A stretch of DNA of 63,712 nucleotides, filler included, from Lama guanicoe (GCA_013239625.1; 185 parts of 185 records of this genome joined end to end with filler, not necessarily neighbours in it); one strand, 5' to 3'. Positions 36,999 to 49,913 are shown, counted from the whole stretch's first letter. Made by a program: numbers and translations. Notes: generated from the sequence alone by a model not told the origin.

Positions 36999-37596
36999 TC
37001 CAGACTTTTAAGTCATAAATACTCGGTTCTTTGAACCCTTCAGTAAACAAGCTTGGATTCTTCCTTATTTAGGACACACTGTTTAATGTTTCCATGTCAA
37101 CTTCTCAGCAGCTTTGCTGTGGTTGCTACAGACGTTCTAGCTGACCCTGGGNNNNNNNNNNNNNNNNNNNNNNNNNNNNNNNNNNNNNNNNNNNNTTAAT
37201 TAATTAANNNNNNNNNNNNNNNNNNNNNNNNNNNNNNNNNNNNNNNNNNNNGTCCCATAGAGAGGTGAACACACTGATGCAGGAGAGGAGGGAGTTACTG
37301 GAGTGATGTCCTCGGGTGGAGAGCTTGATTTTCCAGGAGCAGGTGCATCTCCTGCACAGAAACAGAGAACAGACTGTGTGCACACATGCATCAGGGTGGG
37401 AGCTGCAAGGCTTCTTCTGATCTAATCGTGCATGTTCCAGACATGTGTATTCATCAAGCAAGTCTGTGAGGCCAACCCAGATTTAAGGGAAGGGAANNNN
37501 NNNNNNNNNNNNNNNNNNNNNNNNNNNNNNNNNNNNNNNNTTAATTAATTAANNNNNNNNNNNNNNNNNNNNNNNNNNNNNNNNNNNNNNNNNNNN

Positions 37597-37841
37597 AAAA
37601 CTACCATATATCACTCATATGTGGAATCTAAAAAAAATAGAAGACAAATAAATATAAAACAGAAACAGACTCACAGACATAGAATACAAATTTGTCATTG
37701 CCAGTGGGAAGGGGAGTGGAAAGGGACAGACTAGGAGTTTGAGATTTGTAGATAATGACAAGTAAATATAGAATATATAAACAAGTTTATATGGTATAGC
37801 ACAGGGAAATTTATTCAAGATCTTCTGGTAGCTCATGGTGA
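37597..37841 (+). mobile_element. LINE-1 3' UTR
   Basis: atatgtggaatctaaaaaaa...aaacagaaacagactcacagacatagaa.acaaa...gtatagcacagggaa. Confidence 0.92.
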
Positions 37842-37941
37842 NNNNNNNNNNNNNNNNNNNNNNNNNNNNNNNNNNNNNNNNNNNNTTAATTAATTAANNN
37901 NNNNNNNNNNNNNNNNNNNNNNNNNNNNNNNNNNNNNNNNN

Positions 37942-38186
37942 CTTTTCTTTTGCTTTCCTTGAGGTTTGTTGTGCATCTTAAACCTATAGATTCATGTTTT
38001 TCACCACATTTTGGATATTTTGACCATTTTTTTCAAATATTTTTTTCTGCCCTTTTTCTCTCTTCTTTCCGTACGGGACTCCCATTATATGTATATTGAT
38101 GTGTTTGCTGGTATCCCACAAGTCTCTGAGGTTCTGTTTATTTCTCTTCTTGGTTCTTCAAATTGATAACATAATTTATTAATTTA
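37942..38186 (-). mobile_element. Old LINE-1 ORF1 fragment
   Basis: ttcaaatattttttctgcccttt...gggactcccatta...gtatcccacaagtctctgagg.tctgtt. Confidence 0.8.
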
Positions 38187-38286
38187 NNNNNNNNNNNNNN
38201 NNNNNNNNNNNNNNNNNNNNNNNNNNNNNNTTAATTAATTAANNNNNNNNNNNNNNNNNNNNNNNNNNNNNNNNNNNNNNNNNNNN

Positions 38287-38531
38287 CATTTGTTTAGTTT
38301 TGCTTTTATTTCTATTGCCTGGATAGACTGCCCTAAGAGAACATTGCTATGACATATGTCAGAGAATGTTTTGTCTGTGTTTTCTTCTAAGAGGTTTACA
38401 GTGTTTTGTCTTATGTTTAACTCTTTAAGCCATTTTGACTTTATTTTTGTGTATTGTGTGAGGGAATATTTTAACTTCATTTATTTACATGCAGCTGTCC
38501 AATTTTCCCAACACCATTTGCTGAAGAGACT
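38287..38531 (-). mobile_element. LINE-1 ORF2 fragment
   Basis: Minus ORF MKLKYSLTQYTKIKSKWLKELNIRQNTVNLLEEN. Confidence 0.93.
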
Positions 38532-38631
38532 NNNNNNNNNNNNNNNNNNNNNNNNNNNNNNNNNNNNNNNNNNNNTTAATTAATTAANNNNNNNNNNNNN
38601 NNNNNNNNNNNNNNNNNNNNNNNNNNNNNNN

Positions 38632-38876
38632 CCCGGAATAGAGCGCCCTCTCAACCGCAACGTGACTGCCCCGGCCGGTCCAGCAGCCACGGAGCCCACC
38701 GCTGCGCGCCCGCATCTCGGGGGTGGCGAACGCAAACTTCCGCGAACAAAAGAGTTGTCTGCAAACGTTGTGGGAACTTTGGGGCGAGCGGGGACGCCCG
38801 GGTCCCGGGGCTCGGCGCCTTCGCCACTGCCGCGAGCCAGGACTCAAGTTGAGACGTGGAGAGAGGGACACCCCCC
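38632..38876. promoter_or_regulatory. CpG-island/promoter-like fragment
   Basis: CpG-rich, with ETS-like acttccg/ccggaa cores; gene unknown. Confidence 0.55.
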
Positions 38877-40011
38877 NNNNNNNNNNNNNNNNNNNNNNNN
38901 NNNNNNNNNNNNNNNNNNNNTTAATTAATTAANNNNNNNNNNNNNNNNNNNNNNNNNNNNNNNNNNNNNNNNNNNNTTTAGATTAATTTTGAGAGGGAAG
39001 CTGAAGGTGGAAGTAATCCAGTGAATCTGAAGGTGCAAATAATCCAGTGAAAAACATTTAGAAGGGCACTAGCTTTGATTGCAGTAAATAAATTTTCTTT
39101 AAAAATCTACGTTATTGTTAGCAACAAAATCACAAATATATAGAAGACTAGAAAGGTTGAGTCTATATTCAGGAACAGGTCATTCTGAGGGATTAAACCA
39201 TGATGAACTTTAATGCCAACCNNNNNNNNNNNNNNNNNNNNNNNNNNNNNNNNNNNNNNNNNNNNTTAATTAATTAANNNNNNNNNNNNNNNNNNNNNNN
39301 NNNNNNNNNNNNNNNNNNNNNCAGACCCCTGGGAATCTCCCCAGTGTCTCCACAACAACCCGGAAAAATACACAGCCTCCGCACAAATTGTTTGCTGTGG
39401 AAATAAGGCACCAACACGTCTCTCCCGCCCCTCCCCCAATCCTCTCCCATGTAGAAAACTGGGAGCTGTCTTGCCCTCTGACTTGGTGAACTGGGTCAGT
39501 ATGATGGCGAAGACAATGACACACATTCTGTTCTAGCCTTGCGGGTGCTTAATGATTCCTTAGATGNNNNNNNNNNNNNNNNNNNNNNNNNNNNNNNNNN
39601 NNNNNNNNNNTTAATTAATTAANNNNNNNNNNNNNNNNNNNNNNNNNNNNNNNNNNNNNNNNNNNNCCCTAAGTGTTTGCCAAGCCCTATAATTTGTCAG
39701 GACCCAGTCTCCAAATTTTGTGTCCCTGTAGATCTTGTCAAAGTTTACCTTTAGGCTTTATTGAGGAAGGTCTAGAATAGATGCCATTCTACGTTGTGGA
39801 TTCATACTGCCGAGGCTCCAGGTGTCTCAGCTGGACATTAGCGATGGTAACAATCGGTTAATTAGACCTTGCTACTCTCGGAAGACCAGCACTCTAGTGA
39901 TCTGCTAATAANNNNNNNNNNNNNNNNNNNNNNNNNNNNNNNNNNNNNNNNNNNNTTAATTAATTAANNNNNNNNNNNNNNNNNNNNNNNNNNNNNNNNN
40001 NNNNNNNNNNN

Positions 40012-40256
40012 AATTAAAAACCTCCCTACAAATAAAAGTCCAAGACCGGACGGCTTCACCGGGGAACTGTACCAAACATACAAAGAAGAACTCACACCAG
40101 TCCTTCTCAATTCTTAGACTGAGAAGGAGGGAATACTCCCAAACTCATTCGATGAAGCAACCATCACCCTGATACCAAAACCAGACAAAGACACTACGAA
40201 TAGAAGGGAATTATAGGCCAATATCACTGATGAAAATAGACGCCAAAATCCTCACC
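40012..40256 (+). mobile_element. LINE-1 ORF2 fragment (Z region / RT start)
   Basis: [32 protein letters not shown]...[19 protein letters not shown]. Confidence 0.95.
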
Positions 40257-40701
40257 NNNNNNNNNNNNNNNNNNNNNNNNNNNNNNNNNNNNNNNNNNNN
40301 TTAATTAATTAANNNNNNNNNNNNNNNNNNNNNNNNNNNNNNNNNNNNNNNNNNNNAGTTGGGGAAGGCCACTTCTCACTCCAGCTCACTGTCATGAGGA
40401 AGGGATCTAAGAATGAAATGAAAATCCAGGAACCAGGAGGTGTGGCAGGAAGAAGGTGTCGTCTAGAGTTAATGCAGCTGGGGTGAGGGCCAGGCTATCA
40501 GGGGGGGACTGCAGACCTCCTCCAACCCCTGTGGGTGTACTTCTGGCCACAAGGTGGTGGGGTGGGAGCTGTGTGGAGCGGGGGCAGGCTGTGGGATTCC
40601 ANNNNNNNNNNNNNNNNNNNNNNNNNNNNNNNNNNNNNNNNNNNNTTAATTAATTAANNNNNNNNNNNNNNNNNNNNNNNNNNNNNNNNNNNNNNNNNNN
40701 N

Positions 40702-40771
40702 CAATATGTGGCCCCCAAAGCCTAAAATACTTGCTCCTCGGACGTTTCTTGAAAAAGTTTGCTGACTGCTG
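40702..40771. mobile_element. MER58-like hAT-Charlie end
   Basis: tgtggcccccaaagcctaaaatact...gaaaaagtttgctgac. Confidence 0.7.
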
Positions 40772-41391
40772 CAGTGGAGGCTTGAAGGCAGGAGAGTAAC
40801 AGATGTTAGCACCAGGCTACGTGGTTGGAATACAGGTGTGTGTGTAATGTGCAGAGGCAGATAAGTCAATGAAACATTGAGTTTATTTTCTCATTGTAAA
40901 AGGAATGAATGTCTATAATTTTTAAAAAATAAAATTGTGTTTAATTNNNNNNNNNNNNNNNNNNNNNNNNNNNNNNNNNNNNNNNNNNNNTTAATTAATT
41001 AANNNNNNNNNNNNNNNNNNNNNNNNNNNNNNNNNNNNNNNNNNNNAATAAATTTACAAAATATTGTTGAATGAAAGAACATAGAGAATAATACATAAAT
41101 CATTCCACTCACATAAAATTCAAGAAGCAAGAATAAATTATATTCTTTGTGGCTGATGTATAAAAGGCAGAACTACATTTGAAAAGGAAGGGAAGTAGTA
41201 TTAAAGTCAGGGTAGTGGTTCCCTCTAGGGAGAGGGCTGCAGTTGGAAAGGAGCACAGCGGGGGCTCCGGGGGCGCTGGCTGTGTTCTTTCNNNNNNNNN
41301 NNNNNNNNNNNNNNNNNNNNNNNNNNNNNNNNNNNTTAATTAATTAANNNNNNNNNNNNNNNNNNNNNNNNNNNNNNNNNNNNNNNNNNNN

Positions 41392-41636
41392 TTTAAATAT
41401 ATACTATATATATTCCTTTTCTTATCCTTTTTCAACATAGGCTATTACAAGATATTGAATATGGTTCCCTGTGTTATACAGTATAACTTGTTGTTTATTT
41501 ATTTTATATGTAGTAGTTAGTTTCTGCAAATCTCGAACTCCCAGCTTGTCCCTTCTCACTCCCTTCCCCTACTTACCTCTCGTAATCTAAGTTTGTTTTC
41601 TATGTCTGTGAGTCTGTTCCTGTTTTGTAAATAAGT
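41392..41636 (-). mobile_element. LINE-1 3' UTR
   Basis: ataggctattacaagatattgaatat.gttccctgtg.tatacagta...tgtgagtctgtt.ctgttttgtaaataagt. Confidence 0.92.
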
Positions 41637-41736
41637 NNNNNNNNNNNNNNNNNNNNNNNNNNNNNNNNNNNNNNNNNNNNTTAATTAATTAANNNNNNNN
41701 NNNNNNNNNNNNNNNNNNNNNNNNNNNNNNNNNNNN

Positions 41737-41981
41737 GTCGTCTTCTGCTGACTCTGAGCTTCATTTGCTCTTCTTCCTCATTTTTCCCCCTTTGTTTCTT
41801 AAGGCAAAAGTTGAAGTCATTCACTTAAGGCCTTTCTTCTTTTCGAATAAAGGCCTTTATCGCAACAAACTTTCCCCTAATACACGGTTTCAGCGTCGTC
41901 CAGTAACCTTGGTATATTGCGTTTCATTGTCGTTTGGTTCAAAGCACTTTCTCATATCTGGCTTGAGTTCTTCTTTAAAAT
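41737..41981 (-). mobile_element. Old LINE-1 ORF2 fragment
   Basis: tttcttaaggcaaaagttga.gtcatt...cctttcttcttttc...tttcattgtc.tttggttcaaagcactttct. Confidence 0.65.
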
Positions 41982-42081
41982 NNNNNNNNNNNNNNNNNNN
42001 NNNNNNNNNNNNNNNNNNNNNNNNNTTAATTAATTAANNNNNNNNNNNNNNNNNNNNNNNNNNNNNNNNNNNNNNNNNNNN

Positions 42082-42326
42082 TGCGAGGTCTGAGCCCAGC
42101 GTTGCACTCCCCAGCCTGGGGTCCTATGCCGAGAAGATGAGCCCCCAGAACATTTGGCTTTACAGTCCAGTGGGGCTTACGTTTGGGAGACCCAGAGGGC
42201 TGGGGGAAATGGAAACTCCACTCTTAAACGGCCCACACAAAATCTCACATGCTCCGGGACCCAGGGCAAAGCAGCAGTGGAAAGAGCCTGGGTCAGACCT
42301 ATCTGCTGACCTTGGAGAGTCTCCCA
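42082..42326 (+). mobile_element. LINE-1 5' region (L1M2-like)
   Basis: gaagatgagcccccagaacatttggcttt...ctccactcttaaa...cacacaaaatctcaca.gctccgggacccagggca...gagcctgggtcagacc matches the recalled laurasiatherian L1M2 5' end. Confidence 0.75.
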
Positions 42327-43593
42327 NNNNNNNNNNNNNNNNNNNNNNNNNNNNNNNNNNNNNNNNNNNNTTAATTAATTAANNNNNNNNNNNNNNNNNN
42401 NNNNNNNNNNNNNNNNNNNNNNNNNNGTGATTCCCCTCTGCCTTCTCTGCTGCTGCTGGCTCAAAAAAAAAAAAATGTAGTTAATACACACCCTCTCTTC
42501 AGGGAGGGACAAGGAATGCACATTTTTCCAAGGGTTAAAAGTGATTTGTATCTTCTCTATTTTTTTTTTTTTTAGAACTTTTTGTATGTTATTCTCCTAT
42601 GTGAGATCAGTTAACTGTCATGGCGTCATTAACATAAGTATTTTAAGGTTTCCTTCAAATGGGTTGATAGTNNNNNNNNNNNNNNNNNNNNNNNNNNNNN
42701 NNNNNNNNNNNNNNNTTAATTAATTAANNNNNNNNNNNNNNNNNNNNNNNNNNNNNNNNNNNNNNNNNNNNGGAGACGGGAGGGGCGAGGGGAGAGTGGA
42801 GTGGACCAGCTTTCCAGCAAGGCTGTCCTTTTCCAAAACGGAACTCATCCCACAGAATCCACACGGCCGCTCCCACACCGAGTTAGTGTTCTTCAAGCTG
42901 CCTCTTTTTTGTTCGAAGTTTTGTTAGTGCTGTGTTTTATTTAATGAAAGTGCAGTGAAGCCATTCATGTTCTGTAATTAAAGTATCAAGTTTTAGGGCT
43001 GGATAGTTAGGTCAAGNNNNNNNNNNNNNNNNNNNNNNNNNNNNNNNNNNNNNNNNNNNNTTAATTAATTAANNNNNNNNNNNNNNNNNNNNNNNNNNNN
43101 NNNNNNNNNNNNNNNNTTTTATTCTTCTTTCATTTCATACTTTTCTGAACTTCTTTTCCATACAATGAGCATGTATTACCTTTTCAATCAGATGTTACTA
43201 AATAAATAGAAAATAGCTGAATCTTGACAATGTGTATGCACTACTTTTATATACAGAAAATTAATAAAACTAGTAAAAATAGCACCATTCTGGTTCTCAT
43301 TTCTTTTAAAGATGCAAAATGCTATCAGAAACTCTTGAACAAAGTGTCCAAAAGCAAAGTGNNNNNNNNNNNNNNNNNNNNNNNNNNNNNNNNNNNNNNN
43401 NNNNNTTAATTAATTAANNNNNNNNNNNNNNNNNNNNNNNNNNNNNNNNNNNNNNNNNNNNGTCACTCATGAGGTCGACTCCAGGAAAACAATGAAAAGT
43501 GTCTTAGAAAGGGGGGAGGGTGTGATGGTCACTCACACTGTGAGGTCTCAGCTCTGACATCAACAATCTATTCCACACGTAAGAAGCACTCGC

Positions 43594-43706
43594 CCTCTCC
43601 CGGCTCCGGTGCAGACATGGCCAAGTCGAAGGACCACACCACACAAAACCAGTCTCAAAAATGGCACAGAAACGGCATCAAAAAACCCTGATCACAACGA
43701 TATGAT
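43594..43706 (+). pseudogene. RPL29: Processed pseudogene of ribosomal protein L29 (5' part)
   Basis: ATG at 43617: [29 protein letters not shown] vs RPL29 [33 protein letters not shown] at 43689-43691, ggtgcagac leader before the ATG, no intron. Confidence 0.93.
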
Positions 43707-44496
43707 NNNNNNNNNNNNNNNNNNNNNNNNNNNNNNNNNNNNNNNNNNNNTTAATTAATTAANNNNNNNNNNNNNNNNNNNNNNNNNNNNNNNNNNNNNN
43801 NNNNNNCCCAAAGTGTGTGATTTCTTATCAGTCCAGGGGTTCCTGCTCTTCTCTCTGCCCTAAGGACCCCTGCTGTTCACAAGATGTATAATCATACATC
43901 CTGCCATTTGGCCCATGCCCATCTTTTTTTGTCTAATTCCTGTCATTTGGCCCACGTCCCCATTTCTCTGCTCATATCTAATTATAAGCCTGCTCTAACA
44001 TTAGCAGAGTTAAAATTACAACTTGCATTTTCAATGAGCAGCACATAGTCANNNNNNNNNNNNNNNNNNNNNNNNNNNNNNNNNNNNNNNNNNNNTTAAT
44101 TAATTAANNNNNNNNNNNNNNNNNNNNNNNNNNNNNNNNNNNNNNNNNNNNAGATTCTCCACTAGAGTTCAGGACTGTACTCAGTATTGAAGTTTAAACT
44201 AAGTAGCACATAACCAATCTTACACTCCATGTGAAGAAGTCCAGACCTGAGGCTAAACCACAATTGGGATTGTTATTACCCTCAAAAGAGATACAAATAT
44301 AAGAAACATAAATGTGGCTCAGTTCTTCTTCTGGAAAAGGTAGAAATTCATTGAATAGACTTTTGATTGACCAACAAATATAAAATTAAGAACATTNNNN
44401 NNNNNNNNNNNNNNNNNNNNNNNNNNNNNNNNNNNNNNNNTTAATTAATTAANNNNNNNNNNNNNNNNNNNNNNNNNNNNNNNNNNNNNNNNNNNN

Positions 44497-44741
44497 GCAG
44501 TCTAGTTTTTCTGTTTCTTCTTGTCAGTTATGGTAATTTATGGATTTCTTTCTTTCCAGGAATTTGTCCATTTTATCTAATTTAAAAAAATTATCTATTC
44601 CTTTACTATCTTTAATGACTTTTAGAACTATGAGATACCCCTTCTTTTATTCCTAGTACTGATGACTTTATATATTATTTTTTTCTTAATCAGTCTACCC
44701 ACAGGTTTATCAGATTACTCATTTAAAAAACCAGGTGTTTA
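44497..44741 (-). mobile_element. Old LINE-1 ORF2 fragment
   Basis: ggtaatttat...tccaggaatttgtccattttatctaa...ttcttaatcagtcta...aggtttatca. Confidence 0.75.
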
Positions 44742-44841
44742 NNNNNNNNNNNNNNNNNNNNNNNNNNNNNNNNNNNNNNNNNNNNTTAATTAATTAANNN
44801 NNNNNNNNNNNNNNNNNNNNNNNNNNNNNNNNNNNNNNNNN

Positions 44842-45085
44842 TACACAGAAGAAAAGGTTTTAATCTATTTTTATATACAGTGGTTAACATTTACAGATCT
44901 CAAACTTCCAAATTTATCCCTTCCCATTCCCTTTCCCCCAGTTACCATAAAATTATTTACTATGCCTGTGAGTCTGTTTCTGGGTTTTTTGGGGTTTTTT
45001 TATTCCACGTATGAGTGCTATCATATGGTATTTTTCTTTCTTTTCTCTTTCTGGCTTACTTCACTTAGAATGACAATCTCCACAT
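44842..45085 (-). mobile_element. LINE-1 3' UTR / ORF2 end
   Basis: tgtgagtctgtttctg...atcatatggtattttt...ttctggcttacttcacttagaatgacaatctcca. Confidence 0.92.
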
Positions 45086-45875
45086 NNNNNNNNNNNNNNN
45101 NNNNNNNNNNNNNNNNNNNNNNNNNNNNNTTAATTAATTAANNNNNNNNNNNNNNNNNNNNNNNNNNNNNNNNNNNNNNNNNNNNGTAGATTTAAGTCTA
45201 AGTACCCTTTATTGGTAGAAAGAGCTTCCTTCAAGTTTTACTAGGTAAAGGTTTATTTTCATGAAATCCTATTTAAAATTGTGTCAAATGCTTAATAATT
45301 TTCCAGTATTAGGATGAGCATATGCATTTTTCAATTGAACCAACCTTGCTCTTTTCGATAATACCAATTTATCTGTGATAGTTTACGTTTTAAGTACCCT
45401 ATTGAATTTCACTTACTTGTTCCTCACTTANNNNNNNNNNNNNNNNNNNNNNNNNNNNNNNNNNNNNNNNNNNNTTAATTAATTAANNNNNNNNNNNNNN
45501 NNNNNNNNNNNNNNNNNNNNNNNNNNNNNNTTTCAAAACAAAAGAACTTGAGTAACTGCAGCCACCGACGTCAAAAGGCGCTCCCCAGGGTGACTCCCCC
45601 GGCAGCAGAGCTGCGGCAAGGAAGTGGAAAGCCCGCGACTCTCAGCTTCCTCGTGTGCCGGCCACGGCCCGAAGCACTTCGCAAGCATCGTCTCATTTGT
45701 CCCCAACCCCCATCCACCGGTATTACTATCACCCTCTTTTTTCTTTTCAGGTAAGCAAATTCAGATTTAAGGGGANNNNNNNNNNNNNNNNNNNNNNNNN
45801 NNNNNNNNNNNNNNNNNNNTTAATTAATTAANNNNNNNNNNNNNNNNNNNNNNNNNNNNNNNNNNNNNNNNNNNN

Positions 45876-46120
45876 GCAGCCTCAGGGGGAGGGGTGTGCT
45901 CCTGGGAGCCTGTCGATTTGCTCCCTTCTCCCCCGCGTCCTGTTCTGGGTGCGGACTTTCCAGCCCCAGTTTCGCAGGACGCAGGTTACAGGTCAGTAGG
46001 CTTCTGGGAGGCGGGCGGGGTACGCGCATTTTGCCGAGGCGGCGGCAGCGAGAGCGTGAAATGGAGGCCTATCCTCGCGCTAGCACGGGGCAGCCCCAAT
46101 CCCGCCGCCGCCGCCGCCGC
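45876..46120. promoter_or_regulatory. CpG-island / 5' UTR-like fragment ending in (GCC)n
   Basis: CpG-rich, with ccgccgccgccgccgccgc at the contig end. Confidence 0.6.
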
Positions 46121-47600
46121 NNNNNNNNNNNNNNNNNNNNNNNNNNNNNNNNNNNNNNNNNNNNTTAATTAATTAANNNNNNNNNNNNNNNNNNNNNNNN
46201 NNNNNNNNNNNNNNNNNNNNCTGCAGAAAGAAAGAAATTCAATACTTTAGGGAAAGAGAATCTTAGCGAGTCCTGAGGACTAGAAATAACCCAAGTTAAA
46301 GAGGAAGAATCGAGTCCAGCACAGTGACTGAGGGAGGCCCCAGAGCACCATTGGGCGAGACTGCATTGTGATCGGAGTCCATACACAGGATTCTGTTCAC
46401 AGGGGGAGACAGTGATGGCAGAAGAAAATAGGGCTTTTCTCTGACTGTTTCAGGCACTCGTCTTGNNNNNNNNNNNNNNNNNNNNNNNNNNNNNNNNNNN
46501 NNNNNNNNNTTAATTAATTAANNNNNNNNNNNNNNNNNNNNNNNNNNNNNNNNNNNNNNNNNNNNCAGCTGGGAAGGGGCTGCCAGGCCTGTGCCCCTGC
46601 ACGGCCGAGAGCCCTCCATTGGGGTCAACGCTGTTCTAGCCGAGACTGAATGCTGTAAGAAAACCATTCTCCAGGCACCCTGAGGCCTTGGCACACAGGT
46701 GTATTGGTCACCGCTCTGTCCTTTAGGGGCTCCATGCTCCAAGCTGTTTCCGACCTCAGGGGGAGCCGGGACCTGTGTGGTGTGCCTACCCCTGTCCTGA
46801 CCCCACACTGNNNNNNNNNNNNNNNNNNNNNNNNNNNNNNNNNNNNNNNNNNNNTTAATTAATTAANNNNNNNNNNNNNNNNNNNNNNNNNNNNNNNNNN
46901 NNNNNNNNNNTTTTTGCTCTGCATTAAGCTATGAAAGTTGTCTCTGTCCTTGTTAACAAGTTTTACCCATTCATCTAAAAATACCCAGTAGGCCTGGGTA
47001 TAGAAATAACACTTCTGCACTGAAGTTGGGAGTGGTCATCTGTAATTTCCATTTTCCTAGACTCCCTGTTCCCCCCGGCTGATGGCCCCCCGCTCCGCTC
47101 TCGCTGGCCCAGGCCGCCGCGCTGGCTGTGTGTCAGCGTTTGGCTGTGGGGTCCANNNNNNNNNNNNNNNNNNNNNNNNNNNNNNNNNNNNNNNNNNNNT
47201 TAATTAATTAANNNNNNNNNNNNNNNNNNNNNNNNNNNNNNNNNNNNNNNNNNNNGGAGATATTTTTATGAAGAGAACAGCATTTACTTACAATTTGTTC
47301 TCTAAATCTTGACAATACACTTATACATGTAATTTGATGAACCAAAATGACAATATATATAAAGATCATTTTTATAAGTATTTAAGCAACTTCCTGACTT
47401 AGAAAAGTATTTGTAAACATCTTATTTGTTTGCTTGAACCTTCTTCTGTGCGGTGTAAACTTGCTAAGATAAATGTTACCATTTATATTTTGAATATTAA
47501 NNNNNNNNNNNNNNNNNNNNNNNNNNNNNNNNNNNNNNNNNNNNTTAATTAATTAANNNNNNNNNNNNNNNNNNNNNNNNNNNNNNNNNNNNNNNNNNNN

Positions 47601-47843
47601 TTACAAGATATTGAATATAGTTCCCTGTGCTATACAGAAGGAACTTGTTTTTTATTTGTTTTACATATAGTAGTGTGTATCTGTATATCCTGAACTCCCA
47701 ATTTATCCTTCCTTAACCCCTTCCCCCATACTCCATAACCGTAAGTTCTTCTATGCCTGTGAGTCTGTTTCTGTTTTGTAAATAAGTTCATTTGTGTTGG
47801 GCTTTTTTTTTTTAGATTCCACATATAAGTGATATCATATGGT
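47601..47843 (-). mobile_element. LINE-1 3' UTR
   Basis: ttacaagatattgaatatagttccctgtgctatacag...tagattccacatataagtgatatcatatggt. Confidence 0.93.
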
Positions 47844-48978
47844 NNNNNNNNNNNNNNNNNNNNNNNNNNNNNNNNNNNNNNNNNNNNTTAATTAATTAAN
47901 NNNNNNNNNNNNNNNNNNNNNNNNNNNNNNNNNNNNNNNNNNNTCTACACCTTGGGGTTCCCAGTCTGTGTGGTGTGGATCTGAGCAATGGGGAGAGCTA
48001 TGGAGGTATTTCAGGGTCCAAGTATCCATATACAAATTATGCCCGTGCAGGGTGAATACATAAAAGAGTAAATGCCATGATACAGCATCTAAAGCAAAGG
48101 GGTTAACTGCTTGGAGCCCGGATCCCACTAAGTACACAACTTGCCTTTACCAACTGCCGATAAGTTACTTAACTCTTGGGGTCTTGGTNNNNNNNNNNNN
48201 NNNNNNNNNNNNNNNNNNNNNNNNNNNNNNNNTTAATTAATTAANNNNNNNNNNNNNNNNNNNNNNNNNNNNNNNNNNNNNNNNNNNNTAATATGTAAAG
48301 CAGACAAAAGACAAGCTAAGTGAGGGGTCTGTCCGAACGGCAACCTACTCCCACCCCAAGCCCCAAAGGCACCCTCCTGACCGCGACGCTCTTGGGTGAA
48401 GTTGAACCCTGCCCCCACCCCTCCATAGATGGTTTTAAAGCTCGTGATCCCACGCGCCTAAGTGGATACCTTCCTGTTTAAAAGCAGAATGGCAAGACAA
48501 GACATGGGCATCAGTATCAGGTATGCTGTTGTTNNNNNNNNNNNNNNNNNNNNNNNNNNNNNNNNNNNNNNNNNNNNTTAATTAATTAANNNNNNNNNNN
48601 NNNNNNNNNNNNNNNNNNNNNNNNNNNNNNNNNCATTCCTAAGGGGTGCTGCAAATCAGAGGCACATCTGAGCTGGGAGGGCCCCAGGGAATCCACAGGG
48701 AGGGGGAGGGGAGGACGGCAGGAGGAGGTGGGAGAGGGGTGCAGCAGAAGGGAGGAGGGAGGGGAGGGAGACTGAGCCCACCTGGGCCCGGCCAGAGAGT
48801 CCAAGGGCAACCTGTGGGCTCTCCTGGGCAGCCTCACCCAGTGCTTCAAGGCAGAGAGCAACTCACCTTCTTCCAGCCNNNNNNNNNNNNNNNNNNNNNN
48901 NNNNNNNNNNNNNNNNNNNNNNTTAATTAATTAANNNNNNNNNNNNNNNNNNNNNNNNNNNNNNNNNNNNNNNNNNNN

Positions 48979-49223
48979 ACACAAAAACAGCCCTTCAAGA
49001 CCACAGTAGACGCCTGACACTCCTGCGTTCATAGAGTCCGAGAAATGCAAGACGAAGAAGCTGAGGAACCGCTCCCAATGGAAAGAACAAAGGAAGTTCC
49101 CTGAAAGAACCAACAGTAAAATAGGCCTCTACAGTCTACCAGTACCTGAATTCAAAAAGGAAATAAAAAAAGGACTGAAGGAAATAACAGAGGTTATCAA
49201 CAGAAATGCAGAATAGTGTAAAA
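48979..49223 (+). mobile_element. LINE-1 5' UTR / ORF1 N-terminus, degenerate
   Basis: (T)KKLRNRSQWKEQRKFPERTNSKIGLYSLPVPEFKKEI resembles artiodactyl L1 ORF1 starts (MKKQRNHSQLKEQ..SPERTN...DPEFKKE). Confidence 0.8.
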
Positions 49224-49740
49224 NNNNNNNNNNNNNNNNNNNNNNNNNNNNNNNNNNNNNNNNNNNNTTAATTAATTAANNNNNNNNNNNNNNNNNNNNN
49301 NNNNNNNNNNNNNNNNNNNNNNNCTGAGATTAAAGGGCAGGAGGAAGCAGCAGTCACAGTGACCACTGGGGCAGAGGAACAAGACCTCCGGCACCTCCGT
49401 GGGTGTGGAAGTGGAGAGGGAGCAGGGCACCTGGGATCTGAGTGGGAGCACTCAGGCCTTGCTCAGTGTCCCCTTCCAGGGTCAGCACAGCCATCAGCAG
49501 GATTCACCTGGACCTCTGCCCCCATCCTGCCTGGGAGACTCTCTGCTTGGGGACAGGGTGGAAGGGGTNNNNNNNNNNNNNNNNNNNNNNNNNNNNNNNN
49601 NNNNNNNNNNNNTTAATTAATTAANNNNNNNNNNNNNNNNNNNNNNNNNNNNNNNNNNNNNNNNNNNNCATTTGGAGTGAGAGTTCAGGGTTTTAGTCAG
49701 GGTGCACTTGGATTTTGTGCACATATTCATATGAAAGGGG

Positions 49741-49913
49741 ATGGGGTGCCCTGGAACTGGCTTGTACTAGCTTGGGATGGTCAGTGGTGCATCTCTCTTC
49801 CCAGCTCTGTGACGCTGAAATTAAGTCATGTTGAGAATAACTACACCAGGTAAACTGTGAAACTCCATAATGAAAGCTTTCCTACCCACCCCTGGACAGT
49901 ATTTTATTAAGCA
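49741..49913. mobile_element. MER63-like hAT element fragment
   Basis: ctggaactggcttgtactagctt...gcatctctcttcccagctctg...tacacca resembles the recalled MER63 5' end. Confidence 0.5.

Noticed and set aside
46320..46360. CACAGTG heptamer as a V(D)J recombination signal (similar heptamers near 2819 and 4527)
   Set aside because: No nonamer at 12- or 23-bp spacing and no V, D or J coding sequence.
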